Assembly (NCBI GenBank): GCA_021813325.1
Contig: JAKALA010000010.1
Coordinates: forward strand, 79-64,078
Length of the DNA: 64,000 nt
DNA from: a bacterium
GTDB lineage: Bacteria > Verrucomicrobiota > Verrucomicrobiia > Limisphaerales > UBA11358
Reading direction: 5' to 3'
Shown here one piece after another: positions 55,601 to 64,000 of this stretch (position 1 is its first letter; each line of letters opens with the position of its first letter). The position numbers and the translations under genes were made by a program. The notes beneath the pieces were generated by a model. The model was not told the DNA's origin and searched no databases. It worked only from the letters and a program-made list of their open reading frames with translations.

Positions 55601-56099
55601 GAGCAAGGTTGGTCGCAATAACGGCCGGTTGCGCTGGGTGCCATCCTACGCCGGCTTCAACAGCTCGGTGACGCAGGTGGATTTGAGCGAAAACGATGGG
55701 GTTACCACGGCCACCACCAACACCTACAACGCCGCCTTGGCCAACAGCAGCACCATTGACTCCAACGGGGATGGCATTGCCAATGGCAAGAACAGCCCGA
55801 ACCCGACGTTCTTCACTTCAGCGCAGGTGAATTTGCAACCGGCGGTCACCAATTCCACGCCACCAGGCTTTGCGATCACGTGGAACAGCATTCCCGGGTC
55901 CACCAATACCGTTTATTACACGACGAACATGGCCTCTGGCGCATGGATGACCCTCACCAATTTCGTGTCGCCCTCGGTGGTGCCACCGGTGAATGGCTGG
56001 CCCATCACTAACCGGGTGTTTGATTTGATGAATCCGACCCAGAACCGCAGCTACAAAGTGGAAGTGATGCCGAACTCGGCCATGATGTATGGCGAATAA
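52647..56099 (+). CDS. secreted 1150-aa Asn/Thr/Gly-rich protein, probably beta-helical, unknown function, C-terminal FN3-like module
   Basis: Its ATG overlaps the upstream TGA (ATGA at 52647-52650). Leader HWPLLCGLLLLPFAGKTEA. Many short N-x-T/S-rich strand-like segments. The tail is FAITWNSIPGSTNTVYYTTNMASGAWMTL...NRSYKVEV. Confidence 0.65.
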   Translation: MKSKTYLNHPFKLGRGLMHWPLLCGLLLLPFAGKTEAADGLYQNDAVITYPGTVMYPPVVDATNFVNTGTFLINFTDPNLTAGYIQPFYETSDTLNYTNTGLMMVNSGFRFDLQFPTNAISGVIAQTNRLPAANFYNQGTVSCSSTNNTTDPYFGLLGSYLGYAQCFVNATNVVNPGDIVAGVDGLIQLKGHSINMENGSLRIEGNNTGANVFGAGDFGLNTNFWNPYFDLYAIAPEALSSPPRQLLLTNASAYIFPYPGVSNNIYNVVFLQDAPNANITHNVYLGNSQRYAYIEWIGQYQDAATGEFRKNYFYLADDYILGASTNVMLQANGIPDNFYFYASPTKLGLGTPTPKGLSNIFPNEGITNLYSYASIDLTSVTAPTNSISNYSITNLPGRVELLADQDLNLSNSVITGPNYLSVQAPQQFDGSAGARIEAPYADINVGATNGLLTVSNLFTPVLLNWNGNIRAWTTRWQSVDATGVTNDFHVLIVGSQLQPTTLAQVQDLFLHGTNSIVLSDSMNVMRNFSADAQNLTITTNGFGQGATSLAGGLNLETSGIFWSSALPNLRNLTNNGAIQTLNLAQFMGCSNNIAVKNSVAAVAAGGTLSEVSAANVVNGSTVTIFTNNYVFVSQLTNSLPNQVMIASTLDGSLSNLVAAINSGSGPSSAYSSNTLANPLVQAGAMASTGSLTNHGFVVSARTAGTNGNLIKIATTSASLTWNGFTKLTGGAEAVVGSTNIVSTTNYPYGNFVNRGLLVDEGAVLWANNFESSGIISNQISSISTGSFIATNVTTTLTNGTLVAGGDIVITTGSLVTSNVLLQAGLSLQLNVSGTLSDTCLTNGNIWTVQAANSTGGNGLMMLTKPHAGDLLGTTITNFAPAPNRQTLNYWAGADYGVSSAGFANNGAIGHLVLDAVGPNSQFRFYGVGATNAIYVDLLEFKDAMTNGINNSFDFGQNLFINSNITIYFSQAIANGVSIAEKIDDASKVGRNNGRLRWVPSYAGFNSSVTQVDLSENDGVTTATTNTYNAALANSSTIDSNGDGIANGKNSPNPTFFTSAQVNLQPAVTNSTPPGFAITWNSIPGSTNTVYYTTNMASGAWMTLTNFVSPSVVPPVNGWPITNRVFDLMNPTQNRSYKVEVMPNSAMMYGE

Positions 56100-56155
56100 T
56101 TCCTAAGCGGAATTGCGTGAACGGGTTTAGAAAACTTTAACGATTGATTTATACT

Positions 56156-59100
56156 ATGCAAAAACTCACAAGCTTGAGGTTGGTAAGCCTCGTGAGCCAC
56201 CGTCTTTTGACATTGGGAGCCGGAATGATGGCGGCTGCCTTAACGTTGGCCAGCGCGCGTGCGCAGACCAGCTTTGCTGCGGCACAAGTGCTGCCGAATG
56301 ATGTTTGGGGATCGGTGACCAATGACAACACCGGGGTTGTTGCTGACGTCGGAGCTCCCAATGTCGCCGGTTTTCCTACCAATGCGCCCTTGTGGTATCA
56401 ATGGACGGCGCCGATGGATGGGGTGGTTGAATTGGATACAGTGGGAAGCACCTTTGCCTTTTCATTTTTAAATGGCTTCTATCCGTTGGACACCGTTTTA
56501 GGGGTTTACACGGGGGCAAGCGTCAGTCAGTTGAATCAGATTGCCGCCAATGATGACCTCTTTCCAATTAATCAGTTGGAATCTCAGCCCATATATCAGG
56601 CCAGTGGGGATTACATAGGACTAAGGCAATATACGGGGGGGCGGCCTTATACCTCGACTGATTTGCCTTATTACGGCCCCAGCCATCTTCGGTTTAATGC
56701 CAAAGCGGGAGTGACTTATTATTTTTGTGAGGATTCCAAGAACCTCACCACGTCGCAGGGCACATTTTCGGAAACGGGATCATTGGTGCTGAATTGGGCC
56801 TACCAAGCTTCCGGGGTGTTCCGATTTGCCTCTGAGGACATTGATCCTTCAACTTCACTGCCGCTTTACCAGGCAGCGAATACGGAATCGGATCCCCCCA
56901 ACGGACTGGGCAATGACGCAAATTCGGTTTTGGTTACCTACTATCAATATAATGCGCCGGGCGTGTTGGTAACGGTGACGCGCAGCGCCGGTTCCACCGG
57001 ACGCGTCAGATTGGATTACACCACCGTTGACGGGACGAATCTGGTTGGTTACGTCCCCGCCAATGATCTTCCGGCGACGAGTGGAAAAGATTTTTATCCG
57101 GCCAGCGGCACCTTGGTTTTCGATGATTACGAGATGAGCAAAACCATTTTGATCAAATTGCCATACTCGTATAACCAGAATTATCGTGGTTCAAATCAAT
57201 TAAACCGGGTGTTTGGCATTCAATTGTCCAACCCGGTCTTGGATGACTATGAGTCTGGTGACGTGGCAGCCCCCCGCCTTGATCCCGTTGCTAGTTTGGC
57301 GCTGGTGCGAATTCTTAACACGGATGCGGATCCCTATGGTCCGGACATGGTGGAACAGGTAACGACCGATCCAAGTGGAAATTCGGTCACCAACCAAGTT
57401 GTCGCTCAGTATCCCACCAATGTTATTTTTAACTTTGAAAAAACCTCCTACCGGATCCCAGCGGATGTGAATGACACCAACGTCAGTAAATGGACCCAAG
57501 TAACGGTCTATGTGCAACGTGGGGGAACCAACGGAGCGGCGGCAACGGTTAATTACCGGGTTAATAACTTTTTAGGAAACGACCAGGATGCGAGTGAGGA
57601 AAGAAATGATTGGTTCGGACTCAAACCGGCATCAGATTACGCGGTTCCGACGCCGCCGGATGTGTCAGTTCGTGGCACCAATTCCGACTTTGATTTGGCC
57701 CAAGGGACGCTTAGTTTCCCCGACAGTGGCCCCGGGGCAAATTATCAACCTATCCGTTTTAGCATTCCGACGAGCAAGCTAACCAAATTTAACAAAGATT
57801 TTAAAATCCAGCTATACCGGGAGGTGACCATTAACAATGTAACACGTCCGCAATTGGTGGGTATGGCCAACGAGGCCACGGTGACCATCTTGTTCAATGA
57901 TCAAAATCCGCCGGCCGGATCTGTCGATGAATTTTTCAACGCGGATTTCAACACGCAAATGGCCTTGTATTCGGCGCAAGTTCCCCAAACCGATCCTCAA
58001 GACGATGAAAATCCCGGCGTCGGCCAATATGGTCAGGTTTATTGCATGTCGATTTTGGGCAATGACGAAATCCTGATTGGTGGTGCTTTTGCCTCGTATA
58101 ATGGTTATCCGCGGAACAGCATTGCCTTGGTTAATACCAACGGGTTGTTGGATTCCTCGTTTAACCCCGGGACCGGCGCAAATGGAGCGATCAACGCAGT
58201 GGGGGCGTATGGCGGACAGTTTTATATTGGCGGTGAATTTACTTCATACAATTCATCGCTGGTGGGGAGAGTCGCGCGCTTAAATGCGAACGGCACGCTT
58301 GACGGTTCTTTCAGTCCCGGGTTGGGAGCTGATGGCACGGTCAGAACTTTGGTCGTCCGCCCCAGCGGCAAAATTCTCATTGCCGGTGATTTTACTCACG
58401 TTAACGGCATTGGCCGGAACCACATTGCTTTGCTGGACACGACTGGAGCGGCGGATGGCTCGTTTGATCCCACGAATACCTTTGATGGGCCGATTTACGC
58501 AGTGACACTCCAGCCCGACGGTAAAATTCTGGTCGGCGGTGATTTCAATGTGACCGGACAAAATTACAAGAACATTGTCCGCTTGAATCGAGATGGGAGC
58601 ATTGATCCGACGTTTGATACCGGCACCGGAGCTAACGGCATTGTCAGGACCATATCGGTTCAATCCAACGGCCAGGTGATCATTGGCGGCGAATTTACCC
58701 AGATCAACGGAGTGTCTTTGAACCGGCTGGCACGGTTGAATAGCGATGGTTCGATCGATGCTGGATTTTATATTGGGACGGGAGCGGATGACACTCTGTA
58801 TTCAGCCAATTATTATGAAAAAATCATGGCTGATATTTCCGTTGTATCGAATAGTGTCGATGGGACGCTCGCAACGAACATTACCTACACCACCAATAAC
58901 GCCATTTATGTCGGTGGTGCTTTCGCCAACTTCAATGGAACCCACCGCCGGGGCTTTACGCGGTTGTATATGGATGGAACGGTGGATACGACGTTCATGG
59001 ATACGGCGTATAATCAGTTTGCCGGTTTAAAACGCGTTTATTCTTGGGATGTTCCAGCGGTTTTCAGTTCGGCGGTTCAAAGTGATGGCAATGTGTTGAT

Positions 59101-62100
59101 CGGCGGCTCGTTTGATCAGGTCGGCGGCGGCCAGGCCAACACCAATGTTTGTAACACGCTGGATCAACGGCGTTTCATTTCCAAGAGTTTCGACGACCCG
59201 AATTTGTGGGTGGAACCCAAAACGCGTGATGGCGTCCGTAACCGCAGTGGTTTTGCGCGATTGATTGGTGGGGCAACTCCCGGACCGGGGAATATTGGTT
59301 TTAGTCAAACCGCTTTTTCAGCAAACCGAAGCCAGACTTCAGTTGCAGTTGCTTTGGTCCGAACCAACGGCAATTTGGGTCCGGTGGAGGCAAATTTTTC
59401 GGTGATACCTGGTTTGGCAAAGAGCGGTGTGGATTACACCTACGACAGTGCTCCACCCGCTTTCTGGATTGCGTGGGAATACTTGACGCATCCAGCGCGG
59501 GTTCGCACCGATGGTTTGGCTGGCCAAAGTGGTTTTTTGATTGATCCCTATGGATTGTATCTCACTCTGGCAGATTCATACTATAACGATTTGTCCAAAG
59601 TCACCGTTAAGCTGAAAAGCACGTCATCCCAAGGGAATCTAAATGCGCAATTCCAACTGGCGAATCCGGTCACTTCGGATTACTTCTATCTGGGCGGACA
59701 AACCATTCCAGTTGGCACAGCCCTTGGCGTATCCACGGCGGCCCTTACCTTGGTGGATGATACAACTTATCCGGGAACCTTTGGATTCACCTCGCCGGAA
59801 TATGTGGCCACCAACCTGTCCCCGTCGATTTCCGTGGTTCGCAGCAATGGAACCTACGGCATTGTGTCGATGAAGTATTCGACCAGTAATTTGACCGCCG
59901 TGGCGGGAACTGACTATGTGGCGATCAATGGTCAAAATCTGGTATTTGGTCAAAATGTGGTCAGCAATAGCTTTAATGTAGCCGTTAAAAATAATAGCTA
60001 CATTACCAACAAGGAAAAGACGGTTAATTTACGCCTGTCAAACTTGGGCACCACGCCGGGCGCTACCTTTGGCATTTCCAATGCAGTGTTGCGCATCATT
60101 AACCCCAACTATCAAGGCTATGTAACGCTCGGTTCCAGCAACTATAGCGGAACAATCAGTTCGGGAGTGGCCAACCTCGTCGTCAAGCGTGTATCTGGCA
60201 GCTTGGGAACTCTAACCGTCAGGTATGCAACAACCGATGGCACTGCGGTTAGTGGATCGGATTACATTGGGGCGACCAATACGCTTACTTGGAACAGTGG
60301 CGATGTGTCACCGAAGATCGTCAGCATCCCGTTGATTAATTCCGGTTTAATTGCTCCCAACAAACAGTTTGGGATTGTTTTGTCGGATCCGACCCTGAAC
60401 GGCACTGCCAATGCGTCACTGATGGGACAGATTACGAACGGGCTGGTCACGATCGTCAATGATAACAGTGCCGGGACGTTGCAATTTAGCGCTCCAAGTT
60501 ATCTCGTGGATGAGACGGGAGGGTATGCCACGATTACGGTTGTGCGGGTTGGCGGGGTTTCTGGTGAAATTTCGGCTCATTATGCGACCGTGGATGGCAC
60601 GGCCATTAACGGCACCAATTACACCGGTGTCGGTGGCACGGTAACCTTAAGCGCTGGCCAATCGAGTGCCGCTATTACAATACCGATTATTAACGATGGG
60701 GTTAAAAATCCCGCTCCCAGCGATTTTTATTTTAGCGTGACCATGAATGGGCCGGGGATTGTTGCCAATACGACAGTTCATATCTTGGATGCGCAAACTT
60801 ACAATCAGCCGGCAGGTTCCCCCGATCCTTCATTCACCCCGGACGGTATGAATGGTGATGTGTTCGCTTTGGCCTTGCAGTCAAATGGTCAGATTCTTGC
60901 GGGTGGCAACTTTACCGCGGTTGGTCCGGTTCTCAAGAATCGGATTGCCAGGTTGAATACGGACGGTTCACTGGATGCTTCCTTCCTGCAAGGTTATTCC
61001 GGTCCGAATGCGGCGGTCAATTCAATCGTGTGCCAAACGGATGACCGGATTCTGGTTGGTGGCGCTTTTACTGCGATCAATGACGTTTACCGCAATTTTG
61101 TTGCGCGCTTAATGACCGACGGTTCGCTGGACACCAGTTTTAATCCGGGCGCCGCCGCCGACAATACTGTTAATGCGGTTGGGGAGGGCTTTTGGGGGAA
61201 TGTCCGGAAGATATTCGTGGGCGGTGCGTTTGGATCCTTCAATGGTTTCAGCAGTTCCGGCATTGTGCGCTTGAACAATGATGGAAGCGTTGATCCCACA
61301 TTCAATGTCGGTTCTGGTGTCAACGGTCCGGTTTTTGCCATCAAAGCCTATCCAACCAACTCGGTCAATTCCGGCAAGGTTTTGATCGGGGGCAGTTTCA
61401 CCCTCTACAATGGTTTTGCCGTCACCAATTTGGCGAGGTTGAATGCGGACGGCTCGCTGGATACCAACTTTGTTTCCAAACTGGGATCGGGTCCGGATGA
61501 TGTGGTTAACGCACTGGCAATTCAATCGGGTGATCAAGTGCTGGTGGGGGGGGCCTTTACCCACTTTAATGGAACATCAATCAATCATATTGTTCGGTTG
61601 AATCCCGACGGAACGATTGATACAGGCTTTGTTTCGGCTGTCGGCGCCGGCGCCAATGGGGTTGTTGAAAACATTGCTTTGCAGCCGGACAATCGGATTG
61701 TTCTGGCCGGTCAATTCAGTCAGGCCAGCGGGTTGACCCGGAATCATATCACCCGGTTGTTTTCCACCGGAGCGCCCGATCCAACCATCAACTTTGGATT
61801 GGGGGCGAATGGTGATGTCAGTGCCGTGGTGGTTCAGCCGGCGGATGGAATGCTGGTGATTGGCGGCTCGTTCACCACCTTTGATAATCAACCTTTTCCC
61901 AGTATTGCTCGAATTTACGGAGGTTCCATGACGGGTTCGGGAGCGTTTACCTTCACGACGGGAAATTTCTCGGTCGATGAAAGGGGTTTGGTTGCGCCCA
62001 TTTACATTCGTCGAACCGGTGGAACCAGTGGAACAAATTCCGATCTTTCTGGAAATGTTGGAGTGGACTTTGCCACTGTCGGAGGCGGGACGGCTGTTGA

Positions 62101-64000
62101 TGGCATCAACTATTTGAGTGTATCGACCAATGTGGTCTTCCCGGCTGGTGAAGTTTTGAAAACCGTTTTGGTTCCAGTGTTGGATGATTTTGTGGTCAGC
62201 CCGGATCTGACCGTCAATTTGGCCTTATCCAACCCAACGCCGCCAGCCACCAACGGCGTGCAACCGACTGCCACGTTGACCATAGTTAACAGCGACAGCA
62301 CGCTAGCCTTCTCGGCGAGTTCCTACACTCAGGCTAAGAATGCTCCAACCGGTGTGGCAATAATTGATGTCATTCGAAGCGGTGGCACCAACACCACCAG
62401 CACGGTGGAGTTCAATACGACGACCAATGGCACGGCGGTCATCGGGACGGATTATTATCCCACCAACGTCCAGGTCACCTTTAGTCCGGGGCAGTCCGAT
62501 GCACAGGTCGCGGTGTCCGTTATCAACAACACCATTCCCAGTGGAAACAAGACGGTTGCGCTTGTGTTGACCAATGCGGCCAATGCGTTTCTGACGTCGC
62601 CGTCCAACGCCCTGTTGACGATCATTGATACCGTTGCCGCTCCGGGACAACTGTTCTTCACCGCGACCAACTTCAGCGCCAACGAAGGGGACGGCAATGC
62701 TTACCTCACCGTGGTGCGCACCAACGGATCGTCCGGGATCGTTTCCGCGAGCGTGAACGTGGTTCCCCTTACCGCTCTGCCGGGACTGAATTACACGGCG
62801 CCCAACAGCACCATCACGTTTGGCAATGGCGAAACGGTCAAAAATGTCGTGGTGCCGCTCGTGGATAATAATGTCGTGCAAGGCCCGGTCCAACTGGCGT
62901 TGTTCCTTTCCAATCCGACGGGCGGGGCGACTCTGACCGATCCGACCAATACGGCCCTGACCATTGTGGACAACGACACCGGTTACGCCTTCCTCAACGC
63001 CACCAACATTGTCCGGGAAACCAATGGCGTGGTGCCGATCATCGTGCAACGCCTCGGCGGCACGAACGCCGGGGTTCATGTCGATTACTCGACCGTGAAC
63101 GGCACGGCGCTGGCGGGCGTGAATTTTACGGCCATTTCGGGGACCTTGAATTTTGGAGAGGGCGAAGTGACCAAAGTCATTTCACTGCCGCTGATTCACG
63201 ATACGAATGTTACTGGTGATCTTGGATTTTTATTGAAGCTTTCCAACCCGAGCGCCGGCACATACTTAGCCTATCCAACGAACAGTTTCATTGTGGAGCA
63301 AGATGCTGAAGCTGGATTCAAGTTCACCAACTCCACGATGCAGGTTTACAAGAATGTCGGCAACGCGGTGGTGACGGTGATTTGCAGCAATCCATCGATC
63401 GAGCCGCCCGTGACCGATACGAACCGCCCGCCGCTGGCTGTAAGCTTCGCCACGATGGATGGCACGGCGCTGGCCGGGGTCGATTATCAGGGCACGAACG
63501 GCGTGATTCTGTTCACCAACGGGATTGGCACCAACACCATCAGCATTCCGATTTATAACAACAGTCAGGTCACCGGCGATCATGCCTTTACGGTCCATCT
63601 GCTGAACCCAACATCGCCTGGAAAATTGATTTTTCCCAACGTGATGACGGTGACGATTGTTGATAACAATTCCGGCTTGAGTTTCTCCAGTCCGGTTTAT
63701 CGGATCCTGCGTTCGGGCGTTTCCACCAACATCACGGTGTTGCGCACGGATTATACCAACACCACCTCCACCGTGAGATTTGCCACGGCGGACGGCACGG
63801 CGGTTTCCGGATTGGATTATATGTCCACCAACGGTGTGCTGGTGTTCACCAACGGTGTGACCAGCCAGTCGTTTGCCGTGACCGTGCTTGCCAACACCAC
63901 TGTGCAGCCCGACAAAACGGTGCTGTTGCAGTTGTTTGATCCGACCAACGGAATCTTGATTGCGCCGTATGCGGCCACGCTGACGATCCATGATACGTCG
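56156..64000 (+). CDS. giant (>2615 aa, 3' end beyond window) secreted adhesin-like protein: PPC-like N-domain, more than ten Calx-beta domains, two delta-60/DUF5122-type beta-propeller blocks
   Basis: This frame is open from ATG 56156 to the window end, so it is absent from the ORF track. Leader MQKLTSLRLVSLVSHRLLTLGAGMMAAALTLASARA. N-domain WYQWTAPMDGVVELDTVGS...LDTVLGVYTGASVSQLNQIAANDD. Calx-beta units include LDYTTVDGTNLVG...DFYPASGTLVFDDYEMSKTILI, ATVDGTAINGTNYTGVGGTVTLSAGQSSAAITIPII and FATADGTAVSGLDYMSTNGVLVFTNGVTSQSFAVTV. Propeller repeats include ARLNANGTLDGSFSPGLGADGTVRTLVVRPSGKILIAGDFTHVNG (about 58.0-59.2 kb and 60.8-61.9 kb). Confidence 0.85.
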   Translation, partial: MQKLTSLRLVSLVSHRLLTLGAGMMAAALTLASARAQTSFAAAQVLPNDVWGSVTNDNTGVVADVGAPNVAGFPTNAPLWYQWTAPMDGVVELDTVGSTFAFSFLNGFYPLDTVLGVYTGASVSQLNQIAANDDLFPINQLESQPIYQASGDYIGLRQYTGGRPYTSTDLPYYGPSHLRFNAKAGVTYYFCEDSKNLTTSQGTFSETGSLVLNWAYQASGVFRFASEDIDPSTSLPLYQAANTESDPPNGLGNDANSVLVTYYQYNAPGVLVTVTRSAGSTGRVRLDYTTVDGTNLVGYVPANDLPATSGKDFYPASGTLVFDDYEMSKTILIKLPYSYNQNYRGSNQLNRVFGIQLSNPVLDDYESGDVAAPRLDPVASLALVRILNTDADPYGPDMVEQVTTDPSGNSVTNQVVAQYPTNVIFNFEKTSYRIPADVNDTNVSKWTQVTVYVQRGGTNGAAATVNYRVNNFLGNDQDASEERNDWFGLKPASDYAVPTPPDVSVRGTNSDFDLAQGTLSFPDSGPGANYQPIRFSIPTSKLTKFNKDFKIQLYREVTINNVTRPQLVGMANEATVTILFNDQNPPAGSVDEFFNADFNTQMALYSAQVPQTDPQDDENPGVGQYGQVYCMSILGNDEILIGGAFASYNGYPRNSIALVNTNGLLDSSFNPGTGANGAINAVGAYGGQFYIGGEFTSYNSSLVGRVARLNANGTLDGSFSPGLGADGTVRTLVVRPSGKILIAGDFTHVNGIGRNHIALLDTTGAADGSFDPTNTFDGPIYAVTLQPDGKILVGGDFNVTGQNYKNIVRLNRDGSIDPTFDTGTGANGIVRTISVQSNGQVIIGGEFTQINGVSLNRLARLNSDGSIDAGFYIGTGADDTLYSANYYEKIMADISVVSNSVDGTLATNITYTTNNAIYVGGAFANFNGTHRRGFTRLYMDGTVDTTFMDTAYNQFAGLKRVYSWDVPAVFSSAVQSDGNVLIGGSFDQVGGGQANTNVCNTLDQRRFISKSFDDPNLWVEPKTRDGVRNRSGFARLIGGATPGPGNIGFSQTAFSANRSQTSVAVALVRTNGNLGPVEANFSVIPGLAKSGVDYTYDSAPPAFWIAWEYLTHPARVRTDGLAGQSGFLIDPYGLYLTLADSYYNDLSKVTVKLKSTSSQGNLNAQFQLANPVTSDYFYLGGQTIPVGTALGVSTAALTLVDDTTYPGTFGFTSPEYVATNLSPSISVVRSNGTYGIVSMKYSTSNLTAVAGTDYVAINGQNLVFGQNVVSNSFNVAVKNNSYITNKEKTVNLRLSNLGTTPGATFGISNAVLRIINPNYQGYVTLGSSNYSGTISSGVANLVVKRVSGSLGTLTVRYATTDGTAVSGSDYIGATNTLTWNSGDVSPKIVSIPLINSGLIAPNKQFGIVLSDPTLNGTANASLMGQITNGLVTIVNDNSAGTLQFSAPSYLVDETGGYATITVVRVGGVSGEISAHYATVDGTAINGTNYTGVGGTVTLSAGQSSAAITIPIINDGVKNPAPSDFYFSVTMNGPGIVANTTVHILDAQTYNQPAGSPDPSFTPDGMNGDVFALALQSNGQILAGGNFTAVGPVLKNRIARLNTDGSLDASFLQGYSGPNAAVNSIVCQTDDRILVGGAFTAINDVYRNFVARLMTDGSLDTSFNPGAAADNTVNAVGEGFWGNVRKIFVGGAFGSFNGFSSSGIVRLNNDGSVDPTFNVGSGVNGPVFAIKAYPTNSVNSGKVLIGGSFTLYNGFAVTNLARLNADGSLDTNFVSKLGSGPDDVVNALAIQSGDQVLVGGAFTHFNGTSINHIVRLNPDGTIDTGFVSAVGAGANGVVENIALQPDNRIVLAGQFSQASGLTRNHITRLFSTGAPDPTINFGLGANGDVSAVVVQPADGMLVIGGSFTTFDNQPFPSIARIYGGSMTGSGAFTFTTGNFSVDERGLVAPIYIRRTGGTSGTNSDLSGNVGVDFATVGGGTAVDGINYLSVSTNVVFPAGEVLKTVLVPVLDDFVVSPDLTVNLALSNPTPPATNGVQPTATLTIVNSDSTLAFSASSYTQAKNAPTGVAIIDVIRSGGTNTTSTVEFNTTTNGTAVIGTDYYPTNVQVTFSPGQSDAQVAVSVINNTIPSGNKTVALVLTNAANAFLTSPSNALLTIIDTVAAPGQLFFTATNFSANEGDGNAYLTVVRTNGSSGIVSASVNVVPLTALPGLNYTAPNSTITFGNGETVKNVVVPLVDNNVVQGPVQLALFLSNPTGGATLTDPTNTALTIVDNDTGYAFLNATNIVRETNGVVPIIVQRLGGTNAGVHVDYSTVNGTALAGVNFTAISGTLNFGEGEVTKVISLPLIHDTNVTGDLGFLLKLSNPSAGTYLAYPTNSFIVEQDAEAGFKFTNSTMQVYKNVGNAVVTVICSNPSIEPPVTDTNRPPLAVSFATMDGTALAGVDYQGTNGVILFTNGIGTNTISIPIYNNSQVTGDHAFTVHLLNPTSPGKLIFPNVMTVTIVDNNSGLSFSSPVYRILRSGVSTNITVLRTDYTNTTSTVRFATADGTAVSGLDYMSTNGVLVFTNGVTSQSFAVTVLANTTVQPDKTVLLQLFDPTNGILIAPYAATLTIHDTS

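Noticed and set aside
62303-63991. Minus-strand ORFs 62303..63079 and 63266..63991
   Set aside because: They lie antisense to the giant Calx-beta ORF, whose + frame is continuously open and domain-rich.
1-64000. Scan for mobile elements, prophage, defence systems, rRNA/tRNA and CRISPR
   Set aside because: No integrase, transposase, phage structural, restriction, Cas or toxin-antitoxin-like ORFs were recognised. No repeat-spacer arrays and no tRNA-like structures were found in the intergenic regions I inspected by eye.

Overview
High-GC chromosomal window, most consistent with a PVC-superphylum bacterium, probably Verrucomicrobiota-like. Supporting traits are an H-X9-DG prepilin-type protein, a planctomycete-type cytochrome c domain, many Sec/Tat-exported CAZymes and an Amuc_1100-type pilus-like locus. 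I found no rRNA, tRNA, CRISPR array, transposase or integrase. The first ~40 kb mixes housekeeping genes (aspS, yebC-family, cimA, valS, kdsD/kpsF, pheA, rpsU, cca, smr, acyP, a ClC channel, a ThrE exporter pair, an ECF sigma/anti-sigma pair, an RR-HDOD regulator, a GT9 heptosyltransferase) with secreted glycoside hydrolases (GH106-like, GH43, GH76-LamG, DUF2264, DUF1080). The ORF track misses two open-ended genes at the window edges: aspS (1..1336, minus) and a giant Calx-beta/beta-propeller protein (56156..64000, plus). Five things deserve a second look. (1) At 40.5-47.3 kb there is a self-contained type IV pilus-like envelope operon: a PilM-PilN fusion, an Amuc_1100-like gene, an Amuc_1099-like gene and a secretin. 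The secretin is cleanly split into two cistrons, and the second has its own signal peptide installed on a low-GC junction. (2) Immediately downstream is a tightly packed co-directional array of four very large secreted proteins. (3) A tandem pair of Hcp (T6SS tube)-fold proteins appears to carry Sec signal peptides, with no T6SS genes nearby. (4) valS and cca carry in-frame insertions, one flanked by 24-nt inverted repeats and one of clearly lower GC. (5) Five otherwise unrelated secreted proteins share a ~60-70 aa C-terminal module ending in F/Y-Y/F-R-hydrophobic. All family calls come from motif recognition by eye. No database search was run.
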